This document shows, piece after piece, positions 10,472 through 20,758 of a stretch of 64,000 nucleotides of DNA; within the stretch, counting starts at the first letter, position 1; the number at the start of each line of letters is the position of its first letter. A model generated the notes under the pieces. It had not been told where the DNA came from, did no database searches, and worked only from the letters and a program-made list of their open reading frames with translations. The stretch covers positions 32,001 to 96,000 of the forward strand of contig JBGSVZ010000019.1 of NCBI GenBank assembly GCA_041752695.1, written 5' to 3'. A program made the translations under genes and the position numbers. The DNA comes from Terrimicrobiaceae bacterium (lineage in GTDB: Bacteria; Verrucomicrobiota; Verrucomicrobiia; Chthoniobacterales; Terrimicrobiaceae).

Positions 10472-13372
10472 TCAGGCCCGACGGCGTCGCAAGAATGTCA
10501 CCACCATGAGGCCGCCCGTGAGCAACAACCACGTGGAAGGCTCAGGAACCAATTGCAACGCCAGGTCGTTTCCACCTGTGAAAGTCCCGTCTACGGAGCT
10601 TCCCAAGTAACTAACCTGCCAGGTGTAGCCACCCGAAGTGAAGCTTCCCCCCTGCGCGATTCCATTGAGCGTGCCATCAATGGCATCTGCACCGTCATTG
10701 AGGATCAGGAAGTAAATGTCCGTTGGTAGTGGCACAAAAGACAACATCGTCACCTCGATCTTGCCATTGCCATCCAAGTCCACCGTTCCCGTCACGTTCA
10801 CCTGATCATACTGGCCGGCACCAGTACCGCTGATCTCCATGGCAATTGTCGAGGCCGTGCCCGTAAGTGCGAGGTTTCCGGTATTCAGCATACCCGGGCT
10901 GTTGCCTGGTGCCAAGGTGCCGCTGTTGCCGATGGACACCGAGCTCGTCATCGTGCCTGTTCCACCGAAGACCCCTCCGGTGACGGACACCGCACTCACG
11001 CTGGAGCCATTAATCAACAGCGTGCCCGCGCTCACCGTCGTTGCCCCTGTATAAGTGTTGGCCCCATTCAAGGCGAGAACGCCGGCGCCTGTTTTAGTCA
11101 GACCATTGTCCGTCGTCGCATTGGTCAGGGCCGGAATAATCGCCAGATCCACCTCGGCGGCTCCATCGCCCACATTAAATGTCCGCGTGCCGCTCAAGGT
11201 GATGAACCCCTGGTTGGCCAGCGCAATGTTCGAGCTATCGATTTTCACCGTGTTGGTGTTGGTCCCATTGCCCGTAAAAGTGACATCGCCATTGAGCGCC
11301 AGAACAGCGCCACGGTTGGTGGCGTTGGCGGAAACCGAAATCGGCGTGTAGGTTCCCGAGGCCACGTTTGTGATATTGACGGCATTCAGGGAGGTCGTGC
11401 CAGTGAAGGTCACAGTGCTGGAAGAAACCTGCGCGGTCAGAACCCCTCCGGTAAACGTGGAGGTGCCGGACACAAAGACCTTCCCCCCCGCGTTGAGCTG
11501 CACCAGTCCACCGGAGAGCGTCATGTTACCATTGACGGTCAACGAAGAGTTGGTTCCGCCGCTGCCCTGGACGCGTCCTCCCGTCATTGTCAAATTATTG
11601 ATCGTTTCGTTCGACCCGTTGTTTCCGCTGCTGGTGGTGGTATCCATCACAAAAGATCCGCCGTTGATCGTCACACTCGCTGTGTCCGCAATGGAATTGT
11701 TATTCTTCAGGAGAGTGCCTCCATTCATCACCAGGTCGGTGGTCAAGGCCTGCACCCCAGCCGTTTTGTCCAGCCGGAGGATTCCACTATTGAGGGTGGT
11801 GACACCGGCGTAGGTATTCGTCCCCGAACCCGAAAGAATCGTCTGTCCGTTCCCGCCGAAGGTCACACCATTCCCTCCATCGTTAGTGAGCACACTGCTG
11901 ATATAGAGGGGAGCCACCGTATTGCCGTTATTAATGCCGTTGGTGAAGACCACGATACCACCTTCCTGGCCATTGAGGTCCAGCGTGCCAACACTCAGCG
12001 TCATGGCGTTTGTGGCGACATTCGTTCCCGTCACCAACTGGCTCGCGTAGATCATCCCGCTCGCCACGGTCAGCGTGCCCGCCCCGTCAACAGTCAGACC
12101 CGAATTAGCCGTCGTGCCACTGACCCCGAGGGACAAGGAATTGACGCTGGTGGTCGAGCTTAGGGTCGTGGTGATCACGCCAGCACCGGAACTGTTGGTC
12201 AAAAGCGCGTTGTCCAATTGGGTCTGACCATCGGTGATCGTTGACACATATTCCGAACCACTCAATCGCCGGACACCCACCGAAGAATCATACGTGACCA
12301 AACCCGTTCCGTTTCCGCCCGACGACGCATCCCCGTAGGCACCCTTGATGATCCCGGCCGTGGTCGTGCCAAGGGCCCCTGTCCCACTTAGGGTAGGCGC
12401 CGTGGTGAAAACGATGTTTGCACTATTCGTCCCCGAGCCGATGGCGTTCGTTCCCAGGTTTGTCCCGCGGAAAAGTGTCAGATTCCCGGCCTCCCGCTCA
12501 TAGGCCGAAACCGTCAGCCGGGCATTCCTTGCCGCATTGGAACTCACCGTAACCGTGGAAAACCCGCTCGCAGCTGTTAGCGTTCCGCTGATCACATCAT
12601 TGGAATTGGCCGTGGAATTTCCCGTGACGGATAAAATCGCGCCCCCCGAATTGCCCGAACCATCCAGCGCGACATTCTTGGCCCTGGTCGTGCCCGTGTT
12701 GCCATTTGTCGTGCTATTGAACTGCAAGGTTGTCGCTCCCGACGTCGCAGCATTGACGGTAAAGTCGGAATTAGCCGAACTGCCGACCGCCCCCGTGAGC
12801 GCCAAAACCCCCAAATTTACGACCGTTGCGCCGGAATAGGTATTTACACCGGCCAAATTGATCGTGCCGCCTGCGGCGGTGATTCCGCCGTTGGAAATCA
12901 CGTTAGTGAAGGTCAGGGTCTTCCCGCTTCCAACCGTCAAAGTCCGGCTTGCGCCCCCAAGATCAACGTTCAGTGCCTTGGTCCCCGTTGTCGATCCAAT
13001 GGTGATAATTTGGTTCCCACTGGTGTTCACAGCAATGTCCCCAGCCAATGTCACCGTGACCGCCGCCGTGGTACCGGTGAGAGAAAAGTTTCCGCCCGCG
13101 TTGTAGCGAAAATTCCACCCAGTCGACAGAACCGTGTCGGAGGAAAATGTCGCTGTCTGGGCTCCTGCCAACGTCAACGGCGTGTCCCAAAGTCCGTTGA
13201 TGCTCCCATCGTACCAGTTGGCGGAATTGTTGTAATCGTAGTTCCCGGCCGCCGTCTGATTCCACCCGGACTGAGCATGGGAGGACGCCGACGAGGCCAC
13301 GCCGACAAGCGCTATAAGAATTGAAGTCGAACGGGCACAGGCACCAGAGCGAGAGAAGAAGGAATTTTTCAT
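10472..13372 (-). CDS. PEP-CTERM-sorted surface protein with autotransporter-associated beta-strand repeats
   Basis: Signal peptide; G/T/N/S-rich; repeats such as GLTKTGAGVLALNGANTYTGATTVSAGTL; C-terminus VPEPSTWLLLTGGLMVVTFLRRRRA. Confidence 0.95.
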   Translation of the reverse strand: MKNSFFSRSGACARSTSILIALVGVASSASSHAQSGWNQTAAGNYDYNNSANWYDGSINGLWDTPLTLAGAQTATFSSDTVLSTGWNFRYNAGGNFSLTGTTAAVTVTLAGDIAVNTSGNQIITIGSTTGTKALNVDLGGASRTLTVGSGKTLTFTNVISNGGITAAGGTINLAGVNTYSGATVVNLGVLALTGAVGSSANSDFTVNAATSGATTLQFNSTTNGNTGTTRAKNVALDGSGNSGGAILSVTGNSTANSNDVISGTLTAASGFSTVTVSSNAARNARLTVSAYEREAGNLTLFRGTNLGTNAIGSGTNSANIVFTTAPTLSGTGALGTTTAGIIKGAYGDASSGGNGTGLVTYDSSVGVRRLSGSEYVSTITDGQTQLDNALLTNSSGAGVITTTLSSTTSVNSLSLGVSGTTANSGLTVDGAGTLTVASGMIYASQLVTGTNVATNAMTLSVGTLDLNGQEGGIVVFTNGINNGNTVAPLYISSVLTNDGGNGVTFGGNGQTILSGSGTNTYAGVTTLNSGILRLDKTAGVQALTTDLVMNGGTLLKNNNSIADTASVTINGGSFVMDTTTSSGNNGSNETINNLTMTGGRVQGSGGTNSSLTVNGNMTLSGGLVQLNAGGKVFVSGTSTFTGGVLTAQVSSSTVTFTGTTSLNAVNITNVASGTYTPISVSANATNRGAVLALNGDVTFTGNGTNTNTVKIDSSNIALANQGFITLSGTRTFNVGDGAAEVDLAIIPALTNATTDNGLTKTGAGVLALNGANTYTGATTVSAGTLLINGSSVSAVSVTGGVFGGTGTMTSSVSIGNSGTLAPGNSPGMLNTGNLALTGTASTIAMEISGTGAGQYDQVNVTGTVDLDGNGKIEVTMLSFVPLPTDIYFLILNDGADAIDGTLNGIAQGGSFTSGGYTWQVSYLGSSVDGTFTGGNDLALQLVPEPSTWLLLTGGLMVVTFLRRRRA

Positions 13373-13443
13373 GGGGTTCGAAGTTCGGGGGATTAGTTAC
13401 GGATTGGGGGTTTTGCGCCGGAGGGATGACCGGAACTGCCAAC

Positions 13444-13471
13444 ATCGTAGAATCGCTCAGGGATATGTCAA
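13444..13471 (-). promoter_or_regulatory. Sigma70-type promoter for the PEP-CTERM gene
   Basis: TTGACA-16 nt-TACGAT on the minus strand, about 70 nt before ATG 13372. Confidence 0.65.
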
Positions 13472-14010
13472 TGCTTTATCTTTGCTTTTTCGGCACTTTT
13501 TTCGCGAAATTTCGGCCTTCGCCAATCACGATCATGAAAACGAGATAGACGGCCTATTGTCCCGCGCTGCCTGTATTCAGGCTCATCCCATGGGGGAAGA
13601 CTGAGAGCCCACCACTACCCGAAGCTGCCCAGTTTGAGGTCATACAGCACCCTGGGTCGCATTCCCTCTTTCTGATCGCTTTGTTGTTAAAAACCCAAAA
13701 CTCTGTGTTTTTTTATAGCAATTTGACGCAATGTTTACCGGCGTTCACCTCTTTCTCAGTACCGGGTTGACCTCAGAGCTCAAAAACGATCAATACGAAC
13801 AGCCAACCTCGACTTCCGGTGCCTTTATACTCAGGTCTGCAGCTTCCAATCTCGGGACAAGACCGCGATGATTGACTAGAGGGCACCAGACAAAAACTCG
13901 TTGCGTGGACATTTCCCAGAAGCCGGAAGGATCTGTCTCGCTGAATCCACACCCTTCTTCGGATCAGAATAGACATGTCCAATCCCAGGGAAAAGCTGCC
14001 CCGCCTTCTT

Positions 14011-14778
14011 TTAAGGCCGATAAGTGCGGGTGCGGCCTGTCACTGGATCCACCTGCGCGGTGAAATAGTTTTTGGGCAGGGTCGACCCGTCGTCACCTTT
14101 CGCGGAGTACACCGTCAAATACCACTTTTCTGTGATGGGCTTCAGGCTGGTTCCGCCGTCGGCCCGAAAGAGAAAACTGATGTAATCCGTGCCACCGCTC
14201 CCCGGAAGCACTTCGTTGCCTTTCGTTAGACAGTCCTTGCCCACATTGGCGGCATCCAGCAGCGTGGAATAGGCGGCATTACCGGAAATGATGATGGGTT
14301 CCGGCAATTGCTTCAGCCGGCTCAAGGGTTTCCAACCCGCCGGATCGATGCCATCAATCAGGAAACTCCGAAAAGCCCGGAATTGTTTGTCGTTGGCATC
14401 CGTTTTCGAACCGAGATTATAAATGCGGACTTCGACGTCCCGGTTCCGGGAAAGCGCGGTCTGCCGGGCGAAATTCAACTCATCCGTGACCATCCCGGCA
14501 GAACGACCCACATTAAGTCCGCCCATGAGCGAACTGGTCGCGGGAACCATGACGGCCATCAGAACCGCCATGATCGCGATCACGACCAGAACTTCCACCA
14601 GGGAAAACGCGTGGAAGAATTTAAAACCACTAATGGGCACTAAAGTGCACTGATCCGCAGAACTCTGGCCTCTTCCCGCTTCCAGGCTGCGACCCGAAAA
14701 AATATCATGTTGAGCCTCAAGCGCCTGCCGTCCCGCCGGTCTTCTTATCACATGTCCAAGAGAATCTTTAGTACTCAT
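14011..14778 (-). CDS. vccD: Verru_Chthon cassette protein D (prepilin-type)
   Basis: A|FSLVEVLVVIAIM cleavage/methylation motif; ARQTALSRNRDVEVR, F.FRADG.T.L, N(Y)FT.QVDPVTG; exact start uncertain. Confidence 0.88.
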   Translation of the reverse strand: MSTKDSLGHVIRRPAGRQALEAQHDIFSGRSLEAGRGQSSADQCTLVPISGFKFFHAFSLVEVLVVIAIMAVLMAVMVPATSSLMGGLNVGRSAGMVTDELNFARQTALSRNRDVEVRIYNLGSKTDANDKQFRAFRSFLIDGIDPAGWKPLSRLKQLPEPIIISGNAAYSTLLDAANVGKDCLTKGNEVLPGSGGTDYISFLFRADGGTSLKPITEKWYLTVYSAKGDDGSTLPKNYFTAQVDPVTGRTRTYRP

Positions 14779-14806
14779 GAGTGCCTTTTGGTGCTTACCA
14801 CATCAC

Positions 14807-17800
14807 TCAGGGCGCGAAGCGTTTGGTGTTCACTACACGAAATTTGTACGGCCCGACCATGCCGTCTGGGTCGAGCTCGTTAGTGGGGTCTCCTGCGGAA
14901 TTCACCAGGGAGTCCGAATTGGGATCGAGATAGCGTTCGATCAGGAAGGAGCCCCGAAACTCCCCTGTGACCTGATCCTTGCCCTCGACAAACTGATTTG
15001 GGGCCGTCCCGTTGGCTTTTGCAATACTCTGGGCCATAACATGCACCGTAAACGTGTTAGATTTAGTGGTCAGCCTCGGATAGACGTGGCTATAGGGTCC
15101 TTCACGGACATTATCACCCGTCAACTCGTAGTCCCTCCACCAATTCGCCATCGTTCCGTAACTAGGGGAGCCAGGCGCTGAGGAACCATCCACATTTTTT
15201 TCCGGCACAAGAAAAATATTACAAATCTCTGAGGCTGACCGAAAGATGTCCCCGGATCCAAAACGTTCCTCAAACCCAGCCAAAGTGCCAGTTGTCTCGT
15301 CCGGATTGATTGTATATCGGAAGTCCGGCGGAAAACCGGCCCCTACCGTCTGCCCGCTATTTGAATCATATTTATAATTGATCGCATTAGCTGTCGGAAT
15401 CGCCATCATTCTGGTGGATTTTAATACCGCCCGGACTCCGGTACTTCTGGTCAGATAGGTAAACGGAAAAATCTGATAGTTCATATTCACCTTTCCGGCC
15501 GTAGAAAATGGCTCGCTGATGGCATATGGCTCCACAATTGGCATTGTAAAAAAGTCCAGGAATAGATGATCTGGCGGAACATTGTAGGGTGGACCACCAA
15601 ACGGAACTCCAAATCCGGGGTGCTGGGAACCACCGAGTGGATTCCTGGCGAAAAGCAAAGTCTGCCACGGCTTGGCAGCAGCAGGATCACTCGGGTCAAT
15701 TCCGGTGGGAAGGGAACCAAAAGATACTGCCGAAGAAATCTGGCGATTCGGGGAAAACGACGCCCCCGTATCTACGACAACAGCACTATTGGCCGAACGG
15801 TCATGGCCTTGAGCATTGTAATAGCCATTCGTAACGGTAGCATTCGATCCAACATTCCCCAAATCTGCCTTGTTGATGAACGGACCGTCTCTCCTGCTGC
15901 CTATGCCTGTGTCCCAGTCGCCCAGCACTCCGTTGGCCATATCGGCTTGCGCTAACCCCCGCGGGACGGCGGGGGCTCTATTCGATTTCTGGGGATTATT
16001 GGTCGCCACGTAATAGTTTGCAGCCGCCAGGAGCTTACCGGCTCTTCCCGCACCCGCATAATAACCTCCAGAAAAGCTGGTCATACCCTGGCCCGCTCCC
16101 GAATCCACCCTTAAACTATGAATCAATCGCGAGGCGACGGCCGTGTCACTGTATCTTTTTCCGTCCTCAGGAGTATCAAGGAGGCCATGGCCCTCAAAAT
16201 ACGAGTCTGGCACATTTTTCAAACCCGCTATCAATCGATAGTCTCCACGAGCGGGACCGCCATGCCGCGCCTCCACCGCCCTCACCGTATCCTCGTTCCG
16301 AATCAATGGAAGAGGGTTATGCTGACCATTTTGTTGAACTCCATAGCCTCCTCCCGTTTGCGTGGAACCAAACCGTGTGGTTAGCAAATTAAACTGAGTG
16401 ATGGTGCTTTGATCGTTCGCAGGGAGAGTCGAATCACTTTTGCTGTCCGACTTCGACCACGAAATCAAGGGAACCGGCCAACCATTCCCGTCTGGAAAAT
16501 TCATGACAATCGTCTGCACAAGATCCTCGCTATCAAGCGTATTCGCGTATCCCGAGTAAATTTCGATCGTTATTGATCCCCCTTCCAATCCGAATGAGGT
16601 ACCATTGATCGGAATTGCATTGGAAACGAATGGATAAAATTCCTCCTCGTTCGCAGCCCCAACTGTCGACATGCCCGGGCGCTTGATATTGAGCGGCCAA
16701 TACTGCGTAAAGAGTTCTAATCCGGTGAACGGAGTGGCATTGGACTGCCCATCGCGCGCCGTCACGAGATTTATGGCATCCGCAGGAAACCCGAGAGAAG
16801 TAGATACCGTCCCGGATGTCACTAAAAATTGGTCGAGGCCTCGCACACGAATTCTCATGTTTGCACTCCACGGAGGAGGTCCCGGAGAGGGGGTGAAAGG
16901 TTGAAGCACCAGGAAAGCGCTCATGTGCGGATTCGTTCCCGAGGTAACGGCCGCACTGGGAATTACACCGCCCGTGTACTTTTGTTGAGCAACTGTTTGC
17001 TCGGTTCCCGACACCAGAATATTATCGGACCGAAAGAAGACCAGAGCCGCCTGCGTGATTGTCCCGAAATTCCCAAACCCTTTTGTCCCGTTAGGCAACG
17101 AAAGAGGAACTACTTGGAATTGTCCCGTCCAAGCGTTCGTGTTACCCGGATTGAATGGCGCATAAGAATACCCACTTGTACCCGAGGTGGTCGCGATACC
17201 GGTTGTCGTGACATTGATGTTGCTACGCACAAAATCGAGCATCTCCGTGAGGATTTGATCCCGAGTTGACGAATTGTATTTCCCTCCGGGCCCAGACAAA
17301 CTCCCGCCAAATCCGGGGATGGGTGCCGCCGTGAGCGACTGTAGGTATGCGTAAACATCACGATTCCTTGTAATCTGATTCCAATCCAGAGCAGGACTCT
17401 GACTGCTCGGTTTTGGATTCTGTGAAGGACTGTAGGGCCCTGCGCCTCGATCATTAGGGCCATTTTTTGAGTTATCGTAGGTGCTGTAGCGTTGGAAAAA
17501 ATATTCCTTGGCGTCGGCACCAACCCCGATCGTCGAGCAGAAAGCTATCAATTTATCTTTGGCTGTTCGCGTCGCTTTTCCCGTAATCGGCTCCGGGTCG
17601 AGCTGAAGCGGCCATAGCGTGACCCGAGGTTTGTTAAACATGTTGACCTCAGGAGACCGGCTGTTCGCCGTTATAAAAAACCGGCTTTTCTCAATGTCGC
17701 CAACGGAAAAGGTCGATCCCGACCCATTGGGATTAACCACCCGAGAGCCCGATGAGAGAGCGGTCGCGCTGAAAAAAAACTCGTCCACCGTCCCAAACAG

Positions 17801-18912
17801 TCGCTCATTGTCCGCCAGAATGGGGGGTGTTAGATAGTTGACTGTAACTGTGCCACTTTTGCTTCCCCCATCCTGTACCCTCGGGAGGATGCTGTAAAGT
17901 CGTGCATTGTATTGATCTGCGGTTTCGCCTGATAGTGCGGGGAATATCACGCTTAAGGACGTCATCGCTGGATGACCGGGAAACCTCTGAAATTCATTTT
18001 GCGCAGGAATTGTCTGCGTCAACCTTGTTTCAAAACCCGTTGTTCCACTAGACGCCCACGGCCGATCCCAGAATGTCCCCTCAGATGCCGTATTGATATT
18101 AACTTTGCTGCTTTCATCATCCGTCCAGAAAGCAATTCGGCCAACGATGGGATCGGATGCGGAGGCCCCTGCGACGATTTGGGTAGCCGGATTCATCGCT
18201 GCAAGGGAACCGCTATTCAGGACATACATCCACTGCACAGGCATTGGCACGGGATTGATTTGCGTCGCTGAGGTGGCGACCGCCGCGTTGCCGGTATCCA
18301 AAAAGCATCCCTCAATCGGCCTAGAGGTGCCGGAAAGCGCTGCGCCGCCCGAAGTTCCAGACGCTACGGCCGTGGGATCAATAATCGGATAGCGATTCAC
18401 ACCTGCCACGGCGACCGGCTTGTTCAAATCAGTAAAAAGCGCGGCGCTGTCAGCCCAATTCCCCGGTACATCGGCGGCAGGATTAACGCTCCCGCTAACG
18501 CGAAGTTGGCCGGAGGAATAGAGTTTATAGGCTGTATCCAACGTGCCACTTCCCGTGTAAGTCCGAATCATACCCGGCTGCGAAGCCCAGGCGAGTTGAG
18601 GTTTTGCCGTGGCGTCTTGAATCTGGGAAATCACCAAACTGACCGCGGAATCCGCCAGGGCGCGCGCATCGGCTCCACTGGAATATTTTTTCGCGGACTG
18701 AAGTTCCACCGAAACACTGCTCAGGAACGCCACCACAAGCACCAGGACAAGCACCAGCATGCCCAGAACGACGACGAGGGCGACGCCTCTGGAGTAAGAG
18801 GAATGGTTGATTGTTGATTGTTGATTGCTGAAAGGCTGGCGGCACGCCGTCCGTTTTTTAACCTTTCAACAAAAGGCAAAGCCGTTCTCTCAACTGTCCA
18901 CTTCGATTTCAT
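14807..18912 (-). CDS. vccA: Verru_Chthon cassette protein A (large, PilX/GspK-like N-terminus); frameshifted in its leader as assembled
   Basis: WASQPGMIRTY, GRIAFWTDDESSKVNINTASEG, EPFSTAGKVNMNYQI, PRLTTKSNTFTVH, GEFRGS..IERY. Open frame is 14807-18760 from an internal ATG; the frame extends upstream as RG|VALVVVLGML with no ATG/GTG/TTG start, and ATG 18912 is in another frame. Confidence 0.85.
18806..18826. repeat. Heptamer tandem repeat (GTTGATT)x3 in the vccA leader
   Basis: Three perfect copies read directly from the sequence. Confidence 0.95.
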
Positions 18913-20129
18913 TACTTATTACTCCACTTGGCCTGGCGCATGATGATGTCGGTGCTGAAGACACGATAATTCAACTTTTGCGTATTGCCGGTGAGATTTC
19001 CGGGTTTCGCATTGCAGATGTCCTCCACGGCCTGAATGTCTTCGTCGAGTTTGGAGGCATCGGTAAACAGGCTTGTCCCGGAGAGGTCGATGGCAGAGGG
19101 TGCCGAGGTGCTGTCACCTTGGACCCGGGCCGCTGAGGCCTCGTCGATCACGATCATGATGGCCTTCACGACGGGCGGGAGCTGATGGTGCCGCGTCATC
19201 AGAGCCGACTTTCCATCGGGATCCGTGGCGGTAAGGGGATCCCCAGGAAACGCCGGGGAGGCTCCCGGCCACTCCGAGTCGCTGCTGGCACCAAGCTTCA
19301 CCCGGGAATTGTAATTATAACGCGGAGCGAGGGCCACCCCGCTCGCATCATCCCGTTCGGGCAGCTTTGGGAGCAGGACCAGAGCGATCACATTTTCCGC
19401 GATCACGCGGCTGTTGGTTCCGGCGTGATCGGTGAACCAGTCGTTTTTTTCGTTCGGCCCCTTGGACGGATCGTAAACCCCAAGCATCTCGCTGCTTTGG
19501 GTCATCTCCATCATGCGGAAGCGATTACGGGGTTTAAATCCCGCCGAATTTTTGATGAAGTCCGGTACCGCGGCCGCCCCGTCATCAAACTGCAGAAAAT
19601 ATCCGGTGGCATTCAGCGCATTATCGAGATTGTCATAAGCGACGGAATATCCCTTGGGGGCCTGAAAGAAAATGCCATGAGTCTGGGTTTTGATCGCGGG
19701 CTCGCTGGCCAGCAAAGTCGCCGCCTGACCGGACACAAAATGCAGATCGGACATGCGGTCGTAAGTGGTGGGAACAAAGTTCGCCAGGGCGGCCGAGGAC
19801 GTGAGGGACGACCGGGAGACATTCGCCGAGTCGTAATAATCATAATACGTATTCAACATCGCCTGGGCGAGGTTGCGCGTCATGGAATCGAACCCGGCCC
19901 TGGCTTCCTGAAAGGCCTGAATCTTAGCCGTGGCGCTGCGCCAGATCTTGCTGGTCTGGTCGGTGAAATTTAGAACGACCCCGACGATCACGATGAAAAC
20001 CACGCTCGCGACGAGAAGCTCAAGGATGGTGAAGGCGTAGCGGGAGGCAGAAGATGCTACAACCCGCACCTCTGCGGCTCCCATGCCTGCCCTCCCGGCG
20101 GGACGGCCTACAGTTTTCGGGATGACCAT
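18912..20129 (-). CDS. vccC: Verru_Chthon cassette protein C (prepilin-type)
   Basis: A|FTILELLVAS; FQEARAGFDSMTRNLAQAMLNTYYDY; SDLHFVSG; IFFQAP.G; AENVIALVLLP; HQLPP. Confidence 0.9.
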   Translation of the reverse strand: MVIPKTVGRPAGRAGMGAAEVRVVASSASRYAFTILELLVASVVFIVIVGVVLNFTDQTSKIWRSATAKIQAFQEARAGFDSMTRNLAQAMLNTYYDYYDSANVSRSSLTSSAALANFVPTTYDRMSDLHFVSGQAATLLASEPAIKTQTHGIFFQAPKGYSVAYDNLDNALNATGYFLQFDDGAAAVPDFIKNSAGFKPRNRFRMMEMTQSSEMLGVYDPSKGPNEKNDWFTDHAGTNSRVIAENVIALVLLPKLPERDDASGVALAPRYNYNSRVKLGASSDSEWPGASPAFPGDPLTATDPDGKSALMTRHHQLPPVVKAIMIVIDEASAARVQGDSTSAPSAIDLSGTSLFTDASKLDEDIQAVEDICNAKPGNLTGNTQKLNYRVFSTDIIMRQAKWSNK

Positions 20130-20159
20130 AATGTCAAGACCACGCCGCTTGCGCGACCC

Positions 20160-20705
20160 CTAGAGTCCGTTGTCGGGAATCAGTGTGGTGAATTTTTTGA
20201 CATCAGGAGCGGATTTCAGATCCAAAGCCGCTCTTTCCGCGCTGCCCTTGGTGTTCAAAACCAGGATCGTTACCTTAGCCAGACGTTTGGAAACGGAGCC
20301 GTCCGGAAGAACGGTTTCGTCGGGCACTGGGAGGAATTCCGCCTTGTAAACGGCTTGGGCGCTGGTCTGAACCACTTTGCCCTGATCATCAAAATAATAG
20401 GGTGCCACATTCCCCTGTGAGTCCTCGCCCAAGCTGCCCAGCTTCTTAAAGTCCGTCTGCAAAGCCTGCGTTTTCAGCTGCTGCACAATCTGCGCCTCAA
20501 TGGTGGTATCCATGGCCTGGCGGGACACGCTCAAACCGACTGGCAACATGCCGAACATGGCGACGAAAGCGAAGCTGATGATCCCGATCGCCAGGGTCAC
20601 CTCGACCAAGGTAAAGCCCCGGGCCTGGAGACGTTGTCCAAGGCCAACGCCTGGGTGGAATTCCCGCCCAGAGTGCGGAAGAGGCTTGAGGGAGAGCTTT
20701 TTCAT
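20160..20705 (-). CDS. vccB: Verru_Chthon cassette protein B (prepilin-type)
   Basis: G|FTLVEVTLAIGIISFAFVAMFGMLPVGL; YYFDDQG. Confidence 0.92.
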   Translation of the reverse strand: MKKLSLKPLPHSGREFHPGVGLGQRLQARGFTLVEVTLAIGIISFAFVAMFGMLPVGLSVSRQAMDTTIEAQIVQQLKTQALQTDFKKLGSLGEDSQGNVAPYYFDDQGKVVQTSAQAVYKAEFLPVPDETVLPDGSVSKRLAKVTILVLNTKGSAERAALDLKSAPDVKKFTTLIPDNGL

Positions 20706-20729
20706 GACGATTGCGTGGGGGATATTTCC

Positions 20730-20758
20730 TACGGTAACCGTATCCGAATGCTATGCAA
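20730..20758 (-). promoter_or_regulatory. Candidate vccB promoter with an overlapping palindrome
   Basis: TTGCAT-16 nt-TACCGT on the minus strand; palindrome TACGGT-A-ACCGTA (20730-20742) covers the -10 box. Confidence 0.45.

Noticed and set aside
10472..13372. Classical type V autotransporter
   Set aside because: No C-terminal beta-barrel; the protein ends in a PEP-CTERM sorting signal.
13500..14010. Short ORFs and an AT-rich stretch between vccD and the PEP-CTERM gene
   Set aside because: No convincing protein, terminal inverted repeats or transposase remnant; treated as intergenic.
18721..18912. 63-aa ORF as an independent small gene
   Set aside because: Better explained as the out-of-frame start of vccA; its 3' part overlaps the vccA prepilin helix in another frame.
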